A stretch of 64,000 bases of DNA from Flavobacteriaceae bacterium (GTDB lineage Bacteria; Bdellovibrionota; Bacteriovoracia; Bacteriovoracales; Bacteriovoracaceae), in contig CAXPDR010000029.1 in NCBI GenBank assembly GCA_964215955.1, forward strand, positions 1,073 to 65,072. The letters run 5' to 3'. Each line of letters opens with the position of its first letter. Positions within the stretch are counted from its first letter, which is position 1. The notes beneath the pieces are model-generated. The model was given only the letters and a program-made list of their open reading frames with translations. It was not told the DNA's origin and searched no databases. The position numbers and the translations under genes are program-made. Shown here piece after piece: positions 46,903 through 56,677 of the stretch.

Positions 46903-48714
46903 ATGAAATTGAAAAATATTGCTATCGTTGCCCACGTTGACCATGGGAAGACGACTCTTGTTGATGAACTATTAAAACAATCAGGACTTTTTGCAGCGCA
47001 CGAGACTGTCGAAGAGAGAGTTATGGATAGCGGTGAGCTCGAAAAAGAAAGAGGAATTACCATTTCAGCTAAAAACTGTGCTTTTGCATGGCAAGATTAT
47101 AAAATTAACTTATTAGATACTCCAGGCCACGCCGACTTTGGTGGAGAGGTGGAAAGATCCTTAATGATGGTAGATGGTATTGTTCTTTTAGTTGATGCCG
47201 CTGAAGGACCACTTCCTCAGACAAGATTTGTCCTTCAAAAGGCGATTGAACAAGGTATTAAGATTGGAGTTATGATCAATAAGATTGATCGTCCAGATGA
47301 AAGACACGAAGAAGTTCAATTAGAAATCGAAGATCTTTTATTAGAGCTTGTTGATTTAGCGGGAGTTGAAGACTTTGATTTAGATATCCCATTTTTCTTT
47401 GGTTCAGGTAGAGATGGATATGCTTCAGATGATCCTGCTGCAAGAGAGGGAAGCCTTACTCCATTGTTAGACTTCTTTGTTGGTGGATATTTTCCAGAAG
47501 CTAATTTAGATAAAAATGGTAATCTTCAAATGCTAGTGACGAATTTAGATTATTCAAAATACCTAGGAACCTTGATGATTGGAAGAATCTCAAGCGGAAC
47601 TATGATCGCTAATAAACCATATAATTGGATTAATGCCTCTGGAAAACCAAAACAAATCAAGGTTGGAAAAATCCAAATTTTTGATGGTCTTGGATTTAAA
47701 GAGGTTGAATCTGCTGATGCAGGTGAGATCGTAATCTTAAATGGTGTTGAAGATGCTCATATCGGAGATACAATTACATCACTAGATAATCCTGAAGCTC
47801 TTCCAAGAGTTGAAGTTGATCCTCCAACGGTTTCTGTTCAAGTTTCAGTTTCTACTTCTCCACTTTCTGGTCAAGAAGGTGAATATTTAACTTCAAGAAA
47901 GTTAGAAGAGTTTTTACAAGAAGCTATTAGAAAAAATGTTTCTCTTCAATACGAACCAACTGAAGATCCAAAGGTTTTTATTTTAAAGGCTAGAGGGGAG
48001 TTACAAGTTGCTATAGTTTTTGAAGAAATCAGAAGAGCAGGTTTTGAATTAATGATTGCAAGACCTCAGGTTCTTATGATCGAAGAAGATGGTGTAAAGC
48101 AAGAGCCTTATGAAAAGGTTGTCTTTGATGTTCCTAACGAATCAACTGGTGTTGTAACTGAAGCGATGGGAACGAGAAAAGGTCTTATGGAAGCTATGAG
48201 TCCTATCGGTGATACGAGAACGAGAATCGAATTTAAAGTTCCATCTCGTGGTCTTATTGGTTTTAGATCTCAATTTCTTACAGACACTAAAGGGGAAGGC
48301 TTAATGAGTTCTTACTTTTTAGGGTACGGTGATTATGTTGGAAAAATGTTAGCTAGACAAAATGGTGCACTTATTTCTGATAGAGCTGGGAAAACAACTC
48401 CATACGCACTATTCAATGTTCTTTCTTCTGGACAACAATTTGTTAAGCCAGGTGAAAAGGTTTATGAGGGGATGGTTGTCGGTGAGCACACAAGACCAAA
48501 TGATCTAAACTTAAACGTTGTTAGAGAGAAGCATTTAACTTCAGTAAGAACTGCTGGAAAAGATGAGAATATCTCATTACCACCAATTGTTCCAAGAACT
48601 CTCGAATGGGCACTAGATTGGATTGATGATGATGAGTGGGTTGAAGTCACTCCAGAGAATATCAGAATCAGGAAGAAGGTTCTTAAATCTAATGAGAGAT
48701 CGGTTAAAAGATAG
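46903..48714 (+). CDS. typA: translational GTPase TypA/BipA
   Basis: NIAIVAHVDHGKTTLVD, DTPGHADFGGEVER and NKIDR G-motifs; the length and C-terminal domain are typical of BipA. Confidence 0.95.
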   Translation: MKLKNIAIVAHVDHGKTTLVDELLKQSGLFAAHETVEERVMDSGELEKERGITISAKNCAFAWQDYKINLLDTPGHADFGGEVERSLMMVDGIVLLVDAAEGPLPQTRFVLQKAIEQGIKIGVMINKIDRPDERHEEVQLEIEDLLLELVDLAGVEDFDLDIPFFFGSGRDGYASDDPAAREGSLTPLLDFFVGGYFPEANLDKNGNLQMLVTNLDYSKYLGTLMIGRISSGTMIANKPYNWINASGKPKQIKVGKIQIFDGLGFKEVESADAGEIVILNGVEDAHIGDTITSLDNPEALPRVEVDPPTVSVQVSVSTSPLSGQEGEYLTSRKLEEFLQEAIRKNVSLQYEPTEDPKVFILKARGELQVAIVFEEIRRAGFELMIARPQVLMIEEDGVKQEPYEKVVFDVPNESTGVVTEAMGTRKGLMEAMSPIGDTRTRIEFKVPSRGLIGFRSQFLTDTKGEGLMSSYFLGYGDYVGKMLARQNGALISDRAGKTTPYALFNVLSSGQQFVKPGEKVYEGMVVGEHTRPNDLNLNVVREKHLTSVRTAGKDENISLPPIVPRTLEWALDWIDDDEWVEVTPENIRIRKKVLKSNERSVKR

Positions 48715-48752
48715 GCATTCTTTAAAAGAATTGATTAAAATGCCTAGTTTTT
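48712..48752 (+). terminator. candidate intrinsic terminator of typA
   Basis: taggcatt ... aatgccta forms an 8-bp stem with a large loop, followed by gttttt. Confidence 0.35.
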
Positions 48753-48858
48753 GGGTCTATATAAATTATCAAAAGTGAATAGTTGTTAATTTTCCTTCGA
48801 CTTTTCAGCGATTTACGTCTTTTCTTGAAAAGAATCTAAAGCTGATTACAATATAAGC

Positions 48859-50199
48859 ATGATTAAAAGACTTTTAATACTTATTCAATTTGGGATCCTT
48901 ACTTCTTGTGTAACATCAGAGATTAATATCGATACAGTTGCTGAAGAGACGAAAGAAGTTATTCCAGAAGTTGTATTTCAAGGTGTAAATGATGAAAGCT
49001 TTGGAGTAAAAAGACTTAGCTCTTCTGATGATCATAGTATCGCTTTTGATAGCGCAATGGATTCACATGGAAATGTATATATCACTGGTTATACTCAAAA
49101 TATTGCTTCCAGTTTAAAGACGTTAACAGTTTGGAAGTATTATAGTAATGGAAGCTTAGATAGTAGTTTTGGATCGGGTGGTGCTTGGTATTATAATGGT
49201 GATTCTTCAGATAAAGATAGTGAAGGCTTGGCCATTGAAATTGATAAAAATGAAAAGCTTATTATTGCTGGTTATACAAAAGATAGTAGAGCAAGGGCCT
49301 TAGCCTTGAGGTTAAACTCAAATGGAACTCTTGATACAAGCTTTGCAAGTTCTGGTTATTATATTTATTCTCATCCTAGTGCTGGTGCAAGTCAGGGGGA
49401 GAGAGCAAACTGTCTGGCGATTGGTGAAAATCAAAATATCTACCTTGGAGGACAAGGGTATCATGTAAATGATAAAAGTTTGAAGATTTGGAAGCTAGAC
49501 CAAAATGGAAATGTCGTCACGAGCTTTGCTAGTTCTGGCCTTTGGCAGATGAATAACACTGCTGGAGGGGCTGGTTCGGATAAAATAATCACCTGTGATT
49601 ACCATGACAATGCCATTATTTTTGGAGGATATTCTTGGGGAGGAAGTTCTGGTGGTAAGCATAATGCATTTATTGGAAAAATTTCTTCCTTAGGAGTTAT
49701 TGATTCATCTTTTGGCACTAGTGGGTTTATCATCGAAAATGAAATAGCCGGTGGGACTAATGTTAACGATTATATTGATAAAATAAAAGTACGCTCTGAT
49801 GGACATATTTACGTCCTAGGAAGATCGACAAACTCTGGTGGTGATGTTGATACATTTTTATTAGAAGTGGGTTTTGATGGGAGTAATAGCGACATTTCAA
49901 TAAATATATTTAATGATATTTTGGGATACCCAGGCAATGATAAACTCATGGATATTTACTATGAGTCCAGCACTAAAAAATTGTTTACAGTTGGAAATGC
50001 ACCCGGTGCAGGTGGCTTTACTGCGGCCATCGCAGGGGTTATCAATTCAGACTACACGATAGATATTTTAAGCCAAACTGAGACTGTTTACGGCGGATCA
50101 ATTTTTAACAATATCTCATTTAGAAATAAAAAACTTTATAATATTGGTTTTGAAACAAAGTCAGTAGAAAAAGGCTTAATAATAAGTCGATTAAAATAA
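48859..50199 (+). CDS. lipoprotein with delta-60-type beta-propeller repeats
   Basis: Lipobox GILTSC. Repeats of about 55-60 aa carry the delta-60 signature: YSNGSLDSSFGSGG, LNSNGTLDTSFASSG, LDQNGNVVTSFASSG, SSLGVIDSSFGTSG. Confidence 0.65.
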   Translation: MIKRLLILIQFGILTSCVTSEINIDTVAEETKEVIPEVVFQGVNDESFGVKRLSSSDDHSIAFDSAMDSHGNVYITGYTQNIASSLKTLTVWKYYSNGSLDSSFGSGGAWYYNGDSSDKDSEGLAIEIDKNEKLIIAGYTKDSRARALALRLNSNGTLDTSFASSGYYIYSHPSAGASQGERANCLAIGENQNIYLGGQGYHVNDKSLKIWKLDQNGNVVTSFASSGLWQMNNTAGGAGSDKIITCDYHDNAIIFGGYSWGGSSGGKHNAFIGKISSLGVIDSSFGTSGFIIENEIAGGTNVNDYIDKIKVRSDGHIYVLGRSTNSGGDVDTFLLEVGFDGSNSDISINIFNDILGYPGNDKLMDIYYESSTKKLFTVGNAPGAGGFTAAIAGVINSDYTIDILSQTETVYGGSIFNNISFRNKKLYNIGFETKSVEKGLIISRLK

Positions 50200-50200
50200 T

Positions 50201-50435
50201 CTTGATTAACCGTCCCCTCTGCGTGGGGATGAAGCTTAAAGCCAAAGTAAACAACTGAAGCACTATACTGTGTTTTAAACCGATTCGACTAGAAGGCGTT
50301 AGGGGATTTATTATTTTTTGTGGGAAAAAGGAAAATAAAAAGTCTCGGGTCTTTGGAAGCTCTTGAAATTATTGTTACAAAAACAAATTAATCTTTCACT
50401 TCCAGACTTTGTCTTTAAGATCATCCCCAATCAAG
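50201..50435 (-). repeat. MITE-like intergenic repeat, copy B (inverted relative to copy A)
   Basis: The TIRs are TGGGGATGAAGCTTAAAG (50224-50241) and CTTTAAGATCATCCCCA (50413-50429), with outer cttgatt/aatcaag ends. Blocks 50399-50418 (20/20 identical to copy A), 50353-50362, 50289-50302 and 50248-50262 match copy A in reverse complement. Confidence 0.7.
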
Positions 50436-50459
50436 TAGGTTAGTTATTAACCTTGAAGA

Positions 50460-50900
50460 TTAATTATTATTTTTCAAATGATCAAAAAGAACGTTTAATC
50501 CCTTTTTATCTCGTCTACGTTTAGGAGCTTTTACTGCTGGAGTTTCTGTTTCTGTCGGTGCTTTTTCAGACCTTATCGTTTTATAAGCGGGTCTGTTTTC
50601 TTTTGCGATACTTACTTTTAACGTTCTTCCTTGGAAAACCTTTCCATCAAGATCTTTGATAACTCGGTTTGCACCATTTTCATCAGCTACTTGAACAAAG
50701 GCAATACCCTTATTTAGACCAGTTTTGGTATCTTTTACAATATTTACAAAGTTCACCTTTACATATTTCTGAACAATTTTTTTTACATCAATGGCATCAA
50801 GCTTATATTTAAGTCCTGAAATATATAGAGTCACGTTCTTGCCTTGTTTAAGGCTTCCATATAATGGTGTTTTATTTAGTTTTTTCTCAACTTTTTGCAT
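50460..50900 (-). CDS. RRM-type RNA-binding protein with basic tails
   Basis: RNP-2 (TLYISGL) and RNP-1 (KGIAFVQV) motifs with the correct spacing. Basic C-terminal tail KAPKRRRDKK. Confidence 0.7.
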   Translation of the reverse strand: MQKVEKKLNKTPLYGSLKQGKNVTLYISGLKYKLDAIDVKKIVQKYVKVNFVNIVKDTKTGLNKGIAFVQVADENGANRVIKDLDGKVFQGRTLKVSIAKENRPAYKTIRSEKAPTETETPAVKAPKRRRDKKGLNVLFDHLKNNN

Positions 50901-51003
50901 ATTTACCTACTTTAAAAGGCTTTTTAGCACCTTTTAACAAGGAAGTCTTAACTTTCTTAAGTATTTGTAAAATCTACTGATTTTGATGGTTTATGAAATG
51001 GAT

Positions 51004-51030
51004 TAAATTAAATTTTTCCAATTCCGATAA
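51004..51030 (+). promoter_or_regulatory. sigma-28 (FliA)-type promoter, TAAA-N15-TCCGATAA
   Basis: TAAA at 51004-51007 and TCCGATAA at 51023-51030, followed by a GATAAGGAG SD and ATG 51059. Confidence 0.55.
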
Positions 51031-51058
51031 GTTAAATGGATAGATAAGGAGTCATTTA

Positions 51059-51301
51059 ATGAAGATATTATTAGTTTCTTTGTTGTTATCACCAGTCGTT
51101 TTTGGAAAAGCAGTAGATTTGTCTGAGTTTAATGAGAAGCTTCATCAAAATATGGATACTGTCTTAGAGCAGAACCCGCAAGTTTATGAGAAAAAGTCTT
51201 TTGGTAGAGCACCTGCTTCTGTTCCAAGTGAGAGTCCTGAAAACCTAACAGAAAAACTAGATCATTTTGATGAGCAGATTGATGGGCAAAAATCTTGGTA
51301 A
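51059..51301 (+). CDS. small secreted acidic protein
   Basis: 80-aa ORF with signal peptide MKILLVSLLLSPVVFG and SD GATAAGGAG. A sigma-28-type promoter lies upstream and a strong terminator downstream. Confidence 0.55.
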   Translation: MKILLVSLLLSPVVFGKAVDLSEFNEKLHQNMDTVLEQNPQVYEKKSFGRAPASVPSESPENLTEKLDHFDEQIDGQKSW

Positions 51302-51327
51302 TAAATGTGAAATTTATAGAATAAAAA

Positions 51328-51355
51328 AGCCTCCAAGTACTGGAGGCTTTTTTTA
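51328..51355. terminator. bidirectional intrinsic terminator
   Basis: aaaaa-AGCCTCCA-agtac-TGGAGGCT-ttttttt, between convergent genes 51059-51301 (+) and 51359-52108 (-). Confidence 0.8.
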
Positions 51356-51358
51356 TGT

Positions 51359-52108
51359 TTACTGTTTAAAAATACCTTTCAGTGACCCAGCAAGATCTAG
51401 TGGGACTGGAAAAATTACGGAAGACTTATTACTTCCACTTGAGACTTCTCTCATTGTGTCTAAATATCTAAGTGTCATAGCATTGTCTTCTTGTGCTAGG
51501 ACTCCAGCAGCTTCTGCCAGCTTTTTAGCAGCTTGAAATTCACCATCTGCAGAAATAATTTTTGCTCTTTTTTCTCTTTCTGCTTCGGCTTGCTTGGCCA
51601 TCGCTCTTTGCATATTTTCTGGAAGATCAATTGCTTTTAATTCTACATTTGTTACTTTGATTCCCCATGGTTCAGTTTGATCATCTAAAATAACTTGTAA
51701 TTTCGCATTGATATCATCTCTTTGAGAGAGAACTTCATCTAACTCATATTGGCCAATAACAGATCTTAAAGTTGTTTGGGCAATTTGTGATGTTGCATGA
51801 TAAAAGTTTTCAACCTTAATAACAGATTTTTGAGGATTATTTACTCTGAAGTAAACAACTCCATTAACCTTTAAGGTCACGTTGTCTTTGGTGATGATAT
51901 CTTGTGAAGGAATATCCATTGTAACAACTCTTAGATCAACTTTAACCATTTTTTCGATAATGGGTATTAAGATAATAAGACCTGGACCTCTTACTCCTGC
52001 GTAAGATCCTAGTCTAAAGATAACACCTCTTTCAAATTCATTAAGAATTTTGATAGAGGACATTAGTAATAAAACTAAAATAACAATTAATGGTAAAAAT
52101 CCAAACAT
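51359..52108 (-). CDS. SPFH/band-7 (stomatin-like) protein
   Basis: An N-terminal TM helix followed by the stomatin pattern [16 protein letters not shown]...[19 protein letters not shown]...YFRV. Confidence 0.85.
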   Translation of the reverse strand: MFGFLPLIVILVLLLMSSIKILNEFERGVIFRLGSYAGVRGPGLIILIPIIEKMVKVDLRVVTMDIPSQDIITKDNVTLKVNGVVYFRVNNPQKSVIKVENFYHATSQIAQTTLRSVIGQYELDEVLSQRDDINAKLQVILDDQTEPWGIKVTNVELKAIDLPENMQRAMAKQAEAEREKRAKIISADGEFQAAKKLAEAAGVLAQEDNAMTLRYLDTMREVSSGSNKSSVIFPVPLDLAGSLKGIFKQ

Positions 52109-52121
52109 ATTCTCTCCTAAA

Positions 52122-53426
52122 TTATTTTGCTGAAATAGTTAAATGCAATTTTTCATTATCTAGATGATCAACTTTTACATGATCACCTTCTTTAAATTCG
52201 GTACTAGAGTAGGCACTCCAAATTTCTCCATCAAGTTTAACTTGATATTTAAATTTACCTTCGTCCTTACCCATGAGTTTTGAGACAATGGCTTCTTCCC
52301 CACGAGTATCAAAAAGTTCTTTGTTTTTTCTATAAGTCTTTATAAAGTAGAAACCAATAAATCCTACATAAATTGCGATAGCAGAAACGACAGAAATGAT
52401 AACTTTGATTTCTAGTTCGATAAAACTATTGTCTGTTCTAAATAAGAAGAGTGACCCAAATATTAACGAAGCTAGACCTGCTAAAGTTAAGACTCCAAAA
52501 CTGGTAATATATGCTTCCAATACGAAGAGGATAAAACTTAAAATGATTAATCCCATTGCTCCCATATTTAGAGGTAGCACCTGAAATCCTATCGCTGCTA
52601 AAACAAGGAAAAAAGCACCTAAGGCCCCTGCGATTATTCCACCAGGCGCTTGAAGCTCGAAATAGATTAAAGCAGCTCCAATAATAAATAAAACATATGC
52701 TGTTGTTGGATTGGCAAAAATATTTAATATTTGTTGACCCGGGTCCATTTCAATATTTTCTACTGGAACATTTGGCTGAATTTCTAGCTTATATGCTTTG
52801 CCTTTAACTGTGACTTCTAAATTATTTAAATAAGCTAATAATTCTTTTTGATCATTAATAATATTATCAATCACTTTTTCTTTTAAAGCAGTTCTTGCAT
52901 CTAAGCTTTCTGCCTCCGAAATCATTTTTTCAAAATGCTCCGGGTTTCTTCCTCTGGCTTTTGAAAGGGAAGTCACCAAGGCCACTAAATCATTTACAGC
53001 TTTAGACTTAGCATCTTTTTGTTCAATATCTTTTCCCATTTGAATCGGAGTTGCTGCACCAATATTAGTTCCTTCACTCATCACAAGAATATGAGCTCCA
53101 CTTGCAATAATTGCACCTGCACTAGTAGCACTCGCACCTTCTGGAGTAATCCAAATTGCTATTGGAAAATCTACTGAACCCATAGCGGTTAGTATTTCTT
53201 TGGTTGTGGTAACCAGTCCGCCAGGGGTATCAAGCTTTATGAGAACAAAGTCGTTATTTTTTTGAGATAATTTTTTTAAATTTGTTTCTATATAATTAAA
53301 AGTCGCCGGATTTATACTTGAGTTGATATTTAAAGTAGTTACCTTATTTATAGAATAATTTTCCTTAGCATAAACATTAGTAAAACTTAATAATAGACAA
53401 ATGGCGTAAAAATAAACTCTTTTCAT
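52122..53426 (-). CDS. nfeD: NfeD-family membrane-bound ClpP-class serine protease
   Basis: Signal peptide, then a ClpP-like domain ([10 protein letters not shown]...[13 protein letters not shown]), multi-TM region and C-terminal OB-like NfeD domain. It sits immediately upstream of the SPFH gene. Confidence 0.8.
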   Translation of the reverse strand: MKRVYFYAICLLLSFTNVYAKENYSINKVTTLNINSSINPATFNYIETNLKKLSQKNNDFVLIKLDTPGGLVTTTKEILTAMGSVDFPIAIWITPEGASATSAGAIIASGAHILVMSEGTNIGAATPIQMGKDIEQKDAKSKAVNDLVALVTSLSKARGRNPEHFEKMISEAESLDARTALKEKVIDNIINDQKELLAYLNNLEVTVKGKAYKLEIQPNVPVENIEMDPGQQILNIFANPTTAYVLFIIGAALIYFELQAPGGIIAGALGAFFLVLAAIGFQVLPLNMGAMGLIILSFILFVLEAYITSFGVLTLAGLASLIFGSLFLFRTDNSFIELEIKVIISVVSAIAIYVGFIGFYFIKTYRKNKELFDTRGEEAIVSKLMGKDEGKFKYQVKLDGEIWSAYSSTEFKEGDHVKVDHLDNEKLHLTISAK

Positions 53427-53482
53427 AATATAAAAATAGATTAAAAATGCCCCTTTCGTAAAACAAAAAAGGGTAGATATTA

Positions 53483-54796
53483 GTGAAACGTTCTAAAATT
53501 GTTGTGTTGGGTCATATTCTTAATCCTATTTCAGATACAAAGTGTGAGTACTTTAAAAATGGAGTCATGGTTTTATCACCAAAAACTTCTAAAGATAAAA
53601 CGGTCTATTACGTTGAACAGCTCGGTCATAAAAGGATCTTGAGTTCTCTAAGTGAAGGTTTTCAATTAGTGGACTACTCTGATCATGTGATTATCCCTTC
53701 ATTTTTTGATATGCATTTTCATTGGGTTCAAGATGATGTCCGCGAAATGCCTAAAGCCAATTTATTAACATGGCTTGATAATTATACTTTTCCAACAGAG
53801 AAAAAATTTAAAAATAAGACTTATGCTAAGAAACGAGCAAATGAGTTCTTTTCAAGACTTGCTAGTGTTGGAACTTTAGGAGGAGCTTGTTATTCATCAA
53901 TTCATGAACATGCCTGTGAGTATGCTATTGAAAAATGTATTGGAGATTTTACTATTGGGAACGTTTTAATGACCCAGAATTCTCCAAAGTATCTTTCCCA
54001 AACCAAAGATAATGCGGTTGAAATAGTTAAGCGTTTAAGTTCAAAATATAAGTCTAAATATGCTTTAACACCAAGGTTTGCGATCGCAACAGATGCTCAA
54101 ACGATGAAAGAAACTTCGAAAATTGCGAAGAAGAATAAAAGTTTCATGCAATCCCACTTATGTGAAACTCAAAATGAAATAGATTTTGTTAAAAGCTTAT
54201 ATAAAGAGGTAAAAGGATTTGAAAAAGTAAAATCCTATACAGAAATTTATAAGAAAGTTGGAATGCTAGGCCCTAATTGTATTATGGGGCATGGAATTCA
54301 TTTAATGCCAGAAGAAATTGAGATGTTGGCTAAAACTAAAACTGCAATTGCACATTGTCCTACAAGTAATGCTCCAATAAAGGAGAAAGGACTAGGTTCT
54401 GGATTGTTTGATTTTAAACGTATTGAAAAAAATAATATTCGTTGGGCACTAGGATCTGATATTGGTGGTGGTCCAGTATTGTCGATGTTTGATGTTATGC
54501 GTTCTTTTGTGGATCAAAATGCCAAAGCTAATGTAAAAGGTGCAACTTATAAAAAAGCCTTGTACAGGGCCACACTTGCTGGTGCTAAACTTCTGAAATT
54601 AGATAAGAAAAAAGGAAATCTCTCTGTTGGTAAAGAAGCAAATTTTTTAGTTCTTCCGAAGTTAAAAGCTGATGTAGAGCCGAAGGTAGAGAGTATTTTA
54701 GCTCACTATATTGGAAAACATAAAAGGCAAAGAATTAAGTATGATCAGATGTTAGAAAAAGTCTACTTTCAAGGTCAGGTTATTCATTCGAAATAA
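53483..54796 (+). CDS. guaD: guanine deaminase (amidohydrolase superfamily)
   Basis: Matches E. coli GuaD as I recall it: FDMHFHWVQ (metal His-x-His), LLTWLDNYTFPTEKKF, YALTPRFA, SHLCETQNEIDFVKSLY, AHCPTSN, LGSDIGGG. Confidence 0.8.
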   Translation: MKRSKIVVLGHILNPISDTKCEYFKNGVMVLSPKTSKDKTVYYVEQLGHKRILSSLSEGFQLVDYSDHVIIPSFFDMHFHWVQDDVREMPKANLLTWLDNYTFPTEKKFKNKTYAKKRANEFFSRLASVGTLGGACYSSIHEHACEYAIEKCIGDFTIGNVLMTQNSPKYLSQTKDNAVEIVKRLSSKYKSKYALTPRFAIATDAQTMKETSKIAKKNKSFMQSHLCETQNEIDFVKSLYKEVKGFEKVKSYTEIYKKVGMLGPNCIMGHGIHLMPEEIEMLAKTKTAIAHCPTSNAPIKEKGLGSGLFDFKRIEKNNIRWALGSDIGGGPVLSMFDVMRSFVDQNAKANVKGATYKKALYRATLAGAKLLKLDKKKGNLSVGKEANFLVLPKLKADVEPKVESILAHYIGKHKRQRIKYDQMLEKVYFQGQVIHSK

Positions 54797-54857
54797 ATAC
54801 ATATACAAAAACTAAAAATTTTGTAAAAATTTCAAAGAACAAACAAGGATGTTTCAT

Positions 54858-55505
54858 ATGAAAAAACTCATCTTTCCAGTTATTTTTACAATTTCGATTG
54901 GATTGAACTTTTATCTTCTAAGTGGTGATAGCGAGCTATTGGTAAGTGACGATCTCGATGATGCATTATATGAAGAAGTAAATGATCAAATTTCAGTAGC
55001 CCAATCAGCTATAAAGAAAACGGATTTACTGGCGCACAAAAAGAGTCATCATAAACAAAATATTAAAGTCATAGAAAATGAAATCAATACAGCTAATGAA
55101 CCAGATCACCAAGATGATAGAGGTTATAGTGAAGACAAAGCTTCAGAGGACTTTGAAAGAAATTATGAACAATCAAAGTTGAAATGGGATCAAGACTCGC
55201 AAGATTATTTTGAAAGAGAGTTAGGTCTCCGTATCGAAGCTTATGAAACTTATCTCGAATTACAAAAATTAAGAGAAAAAGAAGTAAGTAATTATATGAC
55301 TCCCAAAATTGAAGATGCTAATGGTGAGCCATATCTTTTTACACTAGAAGATAATATTGAAATTGGAAAAATTAATAGTAAGTATCTTAAACAATTAAAA
55401 GATACCATGGGAGCTGAATCTTATGAGAGGTATATTAATTTTAGACAGAATTATAATAAAAAATTAATTACTTCTGGAAATGCTCATTTCTATGTTGAGT
55501 TCTAA
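54858..55505 (+). CDS. membrane-anchored acidic hypothetical protein
   Basis: ATG 54858 follows an AAGGA SD. N-terminal anchor MKKLIFPVIFTISIGLNFYLL. The rest is charged and helical. It overlaps the next gene's start by 14 nt. Confidence 0.5.
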   Translation: MKKLIFPVIFTISIGLNFYLLSGDSELLVSDDLDDALYEEVNDQISVAQSAIKKTDLLAHKKSHHKQNIKVIENEINTANEPDHQDDRGYSEDKASEDFERNYEQSKLKWDQDSQDYFERELGLRIEAYETYLELQKLREKEVSNYMTPKIEDANGEPYLFTLEDNIEIGKINSKYLKQLKDTMGAESYERYINFRQNYNKKLITSGNAHFYVEF

Positions 55506-56676
55506 TCTTTATAAGAACGTTTTTAAAAATCAAAATGGCTTTTCAATTGTTCAAGTTTTAGTTGCTGCAGGAATGGCCGGAGGCTTGGCCGTTGTGATGA
55601 TGCAAATGATGGGGAATTTGAATAAATCCTCTAAATTTGCAGAATCTAAAGTTGATGAAATTGAATTAAGATCAATGGTTCGATTAATCCTATCAAATGA
55701 TAAATTTTGTCGTATTAGTCTTGCCGGCGAAGGACCTCTTGGAAGCCCAACAAACCCTGTAACTTTTCAAAAATCTGCGATTGATGGTGATATGCCTAAT
55801 GAAGGACTTGAATTTGAACTCTTTTATTCATCACCTGATGGTGAGTCCAGAACACAAAAAAAACTTAGTGCGACCGATGATTCACTAAATCGATTCGGAA
55901 ATCTTTCTATTCAAAGCCTTTTCTTGACTATGAATAATGGAGTAGGGAGTAATTACCCAGCAAGCTCTGGTGAGAGTGATATCGGAGAGATTGTTATTGA
56001 AGGAGAGAAAAGAATTCAAGAGAGTAGAGTTGATTTTAAAATGAGTTTTCCCATTAGTGTTAGTTTTAGGACAAATGCAGCTGGGGAGAGTACTATTTTA
56101 AGCTGTTCTTTAATGGGAGAAAAAACTGTCCCACAACTATCAGCAAGTTCTGTTGATTATAAATCTTCTACAGCATGGGGCTCTACTTTAACTTGTGATA
56201 CAGGGCAGTTTATTACAGCAATGTGCTCAAGTGGTAAGAATAAAGACTGTCCTCCTATGTCCTCAGCTCCAACGAGAATTGGCTGTGTTAGTGATACTAC
56301 AGACTCTTATGTTCCAAACTTAGGAGCTTCTGTTTATAAGACTGGTTGGTATAGAAACTTAGTTGTTTGTCCTCCATTTCATGTTGCGGATTCCTTATGT
56401 ACAGCTGGTGAAAACGCTGATTGTAATTATGGAGGTACTGGTTATTTTGCAGTTATGCGTTGTCGTCCTTGGACGGTAGGTTCATCTAGGCAGATGACTA
56501 TTGAGGTCCATGAGTATAAAGGGACTGCAAGTTGGAGTGGTGTGTTATCATGTAGCCCTGGATATTATCTTACTGGTGTATGTGTCTCGGGAGAGCATAA
56601 GGATTGTGCTTTACATGGTAATGATATGGATAAAAATCTTGCAAAAGTTATTAGGTGCTCAAAAGTTATTGAATAG
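55492..56676 (+). CDS. type IV pilin-like (prepilin-type N-terminus) protein with triplicated Cys-rich C-terminal module
   Basis: Basic leader MLSSNLYKNVFKNQNG followed by FSIVQVLVAAGMAGGLAVVMM, a class III signal with Gln at +5. The C-terminus has three repeats of about 60 aa (YK...W...L.C..G....C.SG...DC......C). Confidence 0.6.
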   Translation: MLSSNLYKNVFKNQNGFSIVQVLVAAGMAGGLAVVMMQMMGNLNKSSKFAESKVDEIELRSMVRLILSNDKFCRISLAGEGPLGSPTNPVTFQKSAIDGDMPNEGLEFELFYSSPDGESRTQKKLSATDDSLNRFGNLSIQSLFLTMNNGVGSNYPASSGESDIGEIVIEGEKRIQESRVDFKMSFPISVSFRTNAAGESTILSCSLMGEKTVPQLSASSVDYKSSTAWGSTLTCDTGQFITAMCSSGKNKDCPPMSSAPTRIGCVSDTTDSYVPNLGASVYKTGWYRNLVVCPPFHVADSLCTAGENADCNYGGTGYFAVMRCRPWTVGSSRQMTIEVHEYKGTASWSGVLSCSPGYYLTGVCVSGEHKDCALHGNDMDKNLAKVIRCSKVIE

Positions 56677-56677
56677 T

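Noticed and set aside
20977-50435. The ~29-kb segment flanked by the two inverted repeat copies, considered as a composite transposon or invertible island.
   Set aside because: The segment contains core genes (uppP, cinA, typA). The repeats are only ~200 bp with diverged interiors. No transposase or recombinase is present.
51359-53426. The NfeD protease and SPFH/stomatin gene pair, considered as a novel system.
   Set aside because: This is a well-known conserved operon pairing and an ordinary feature.
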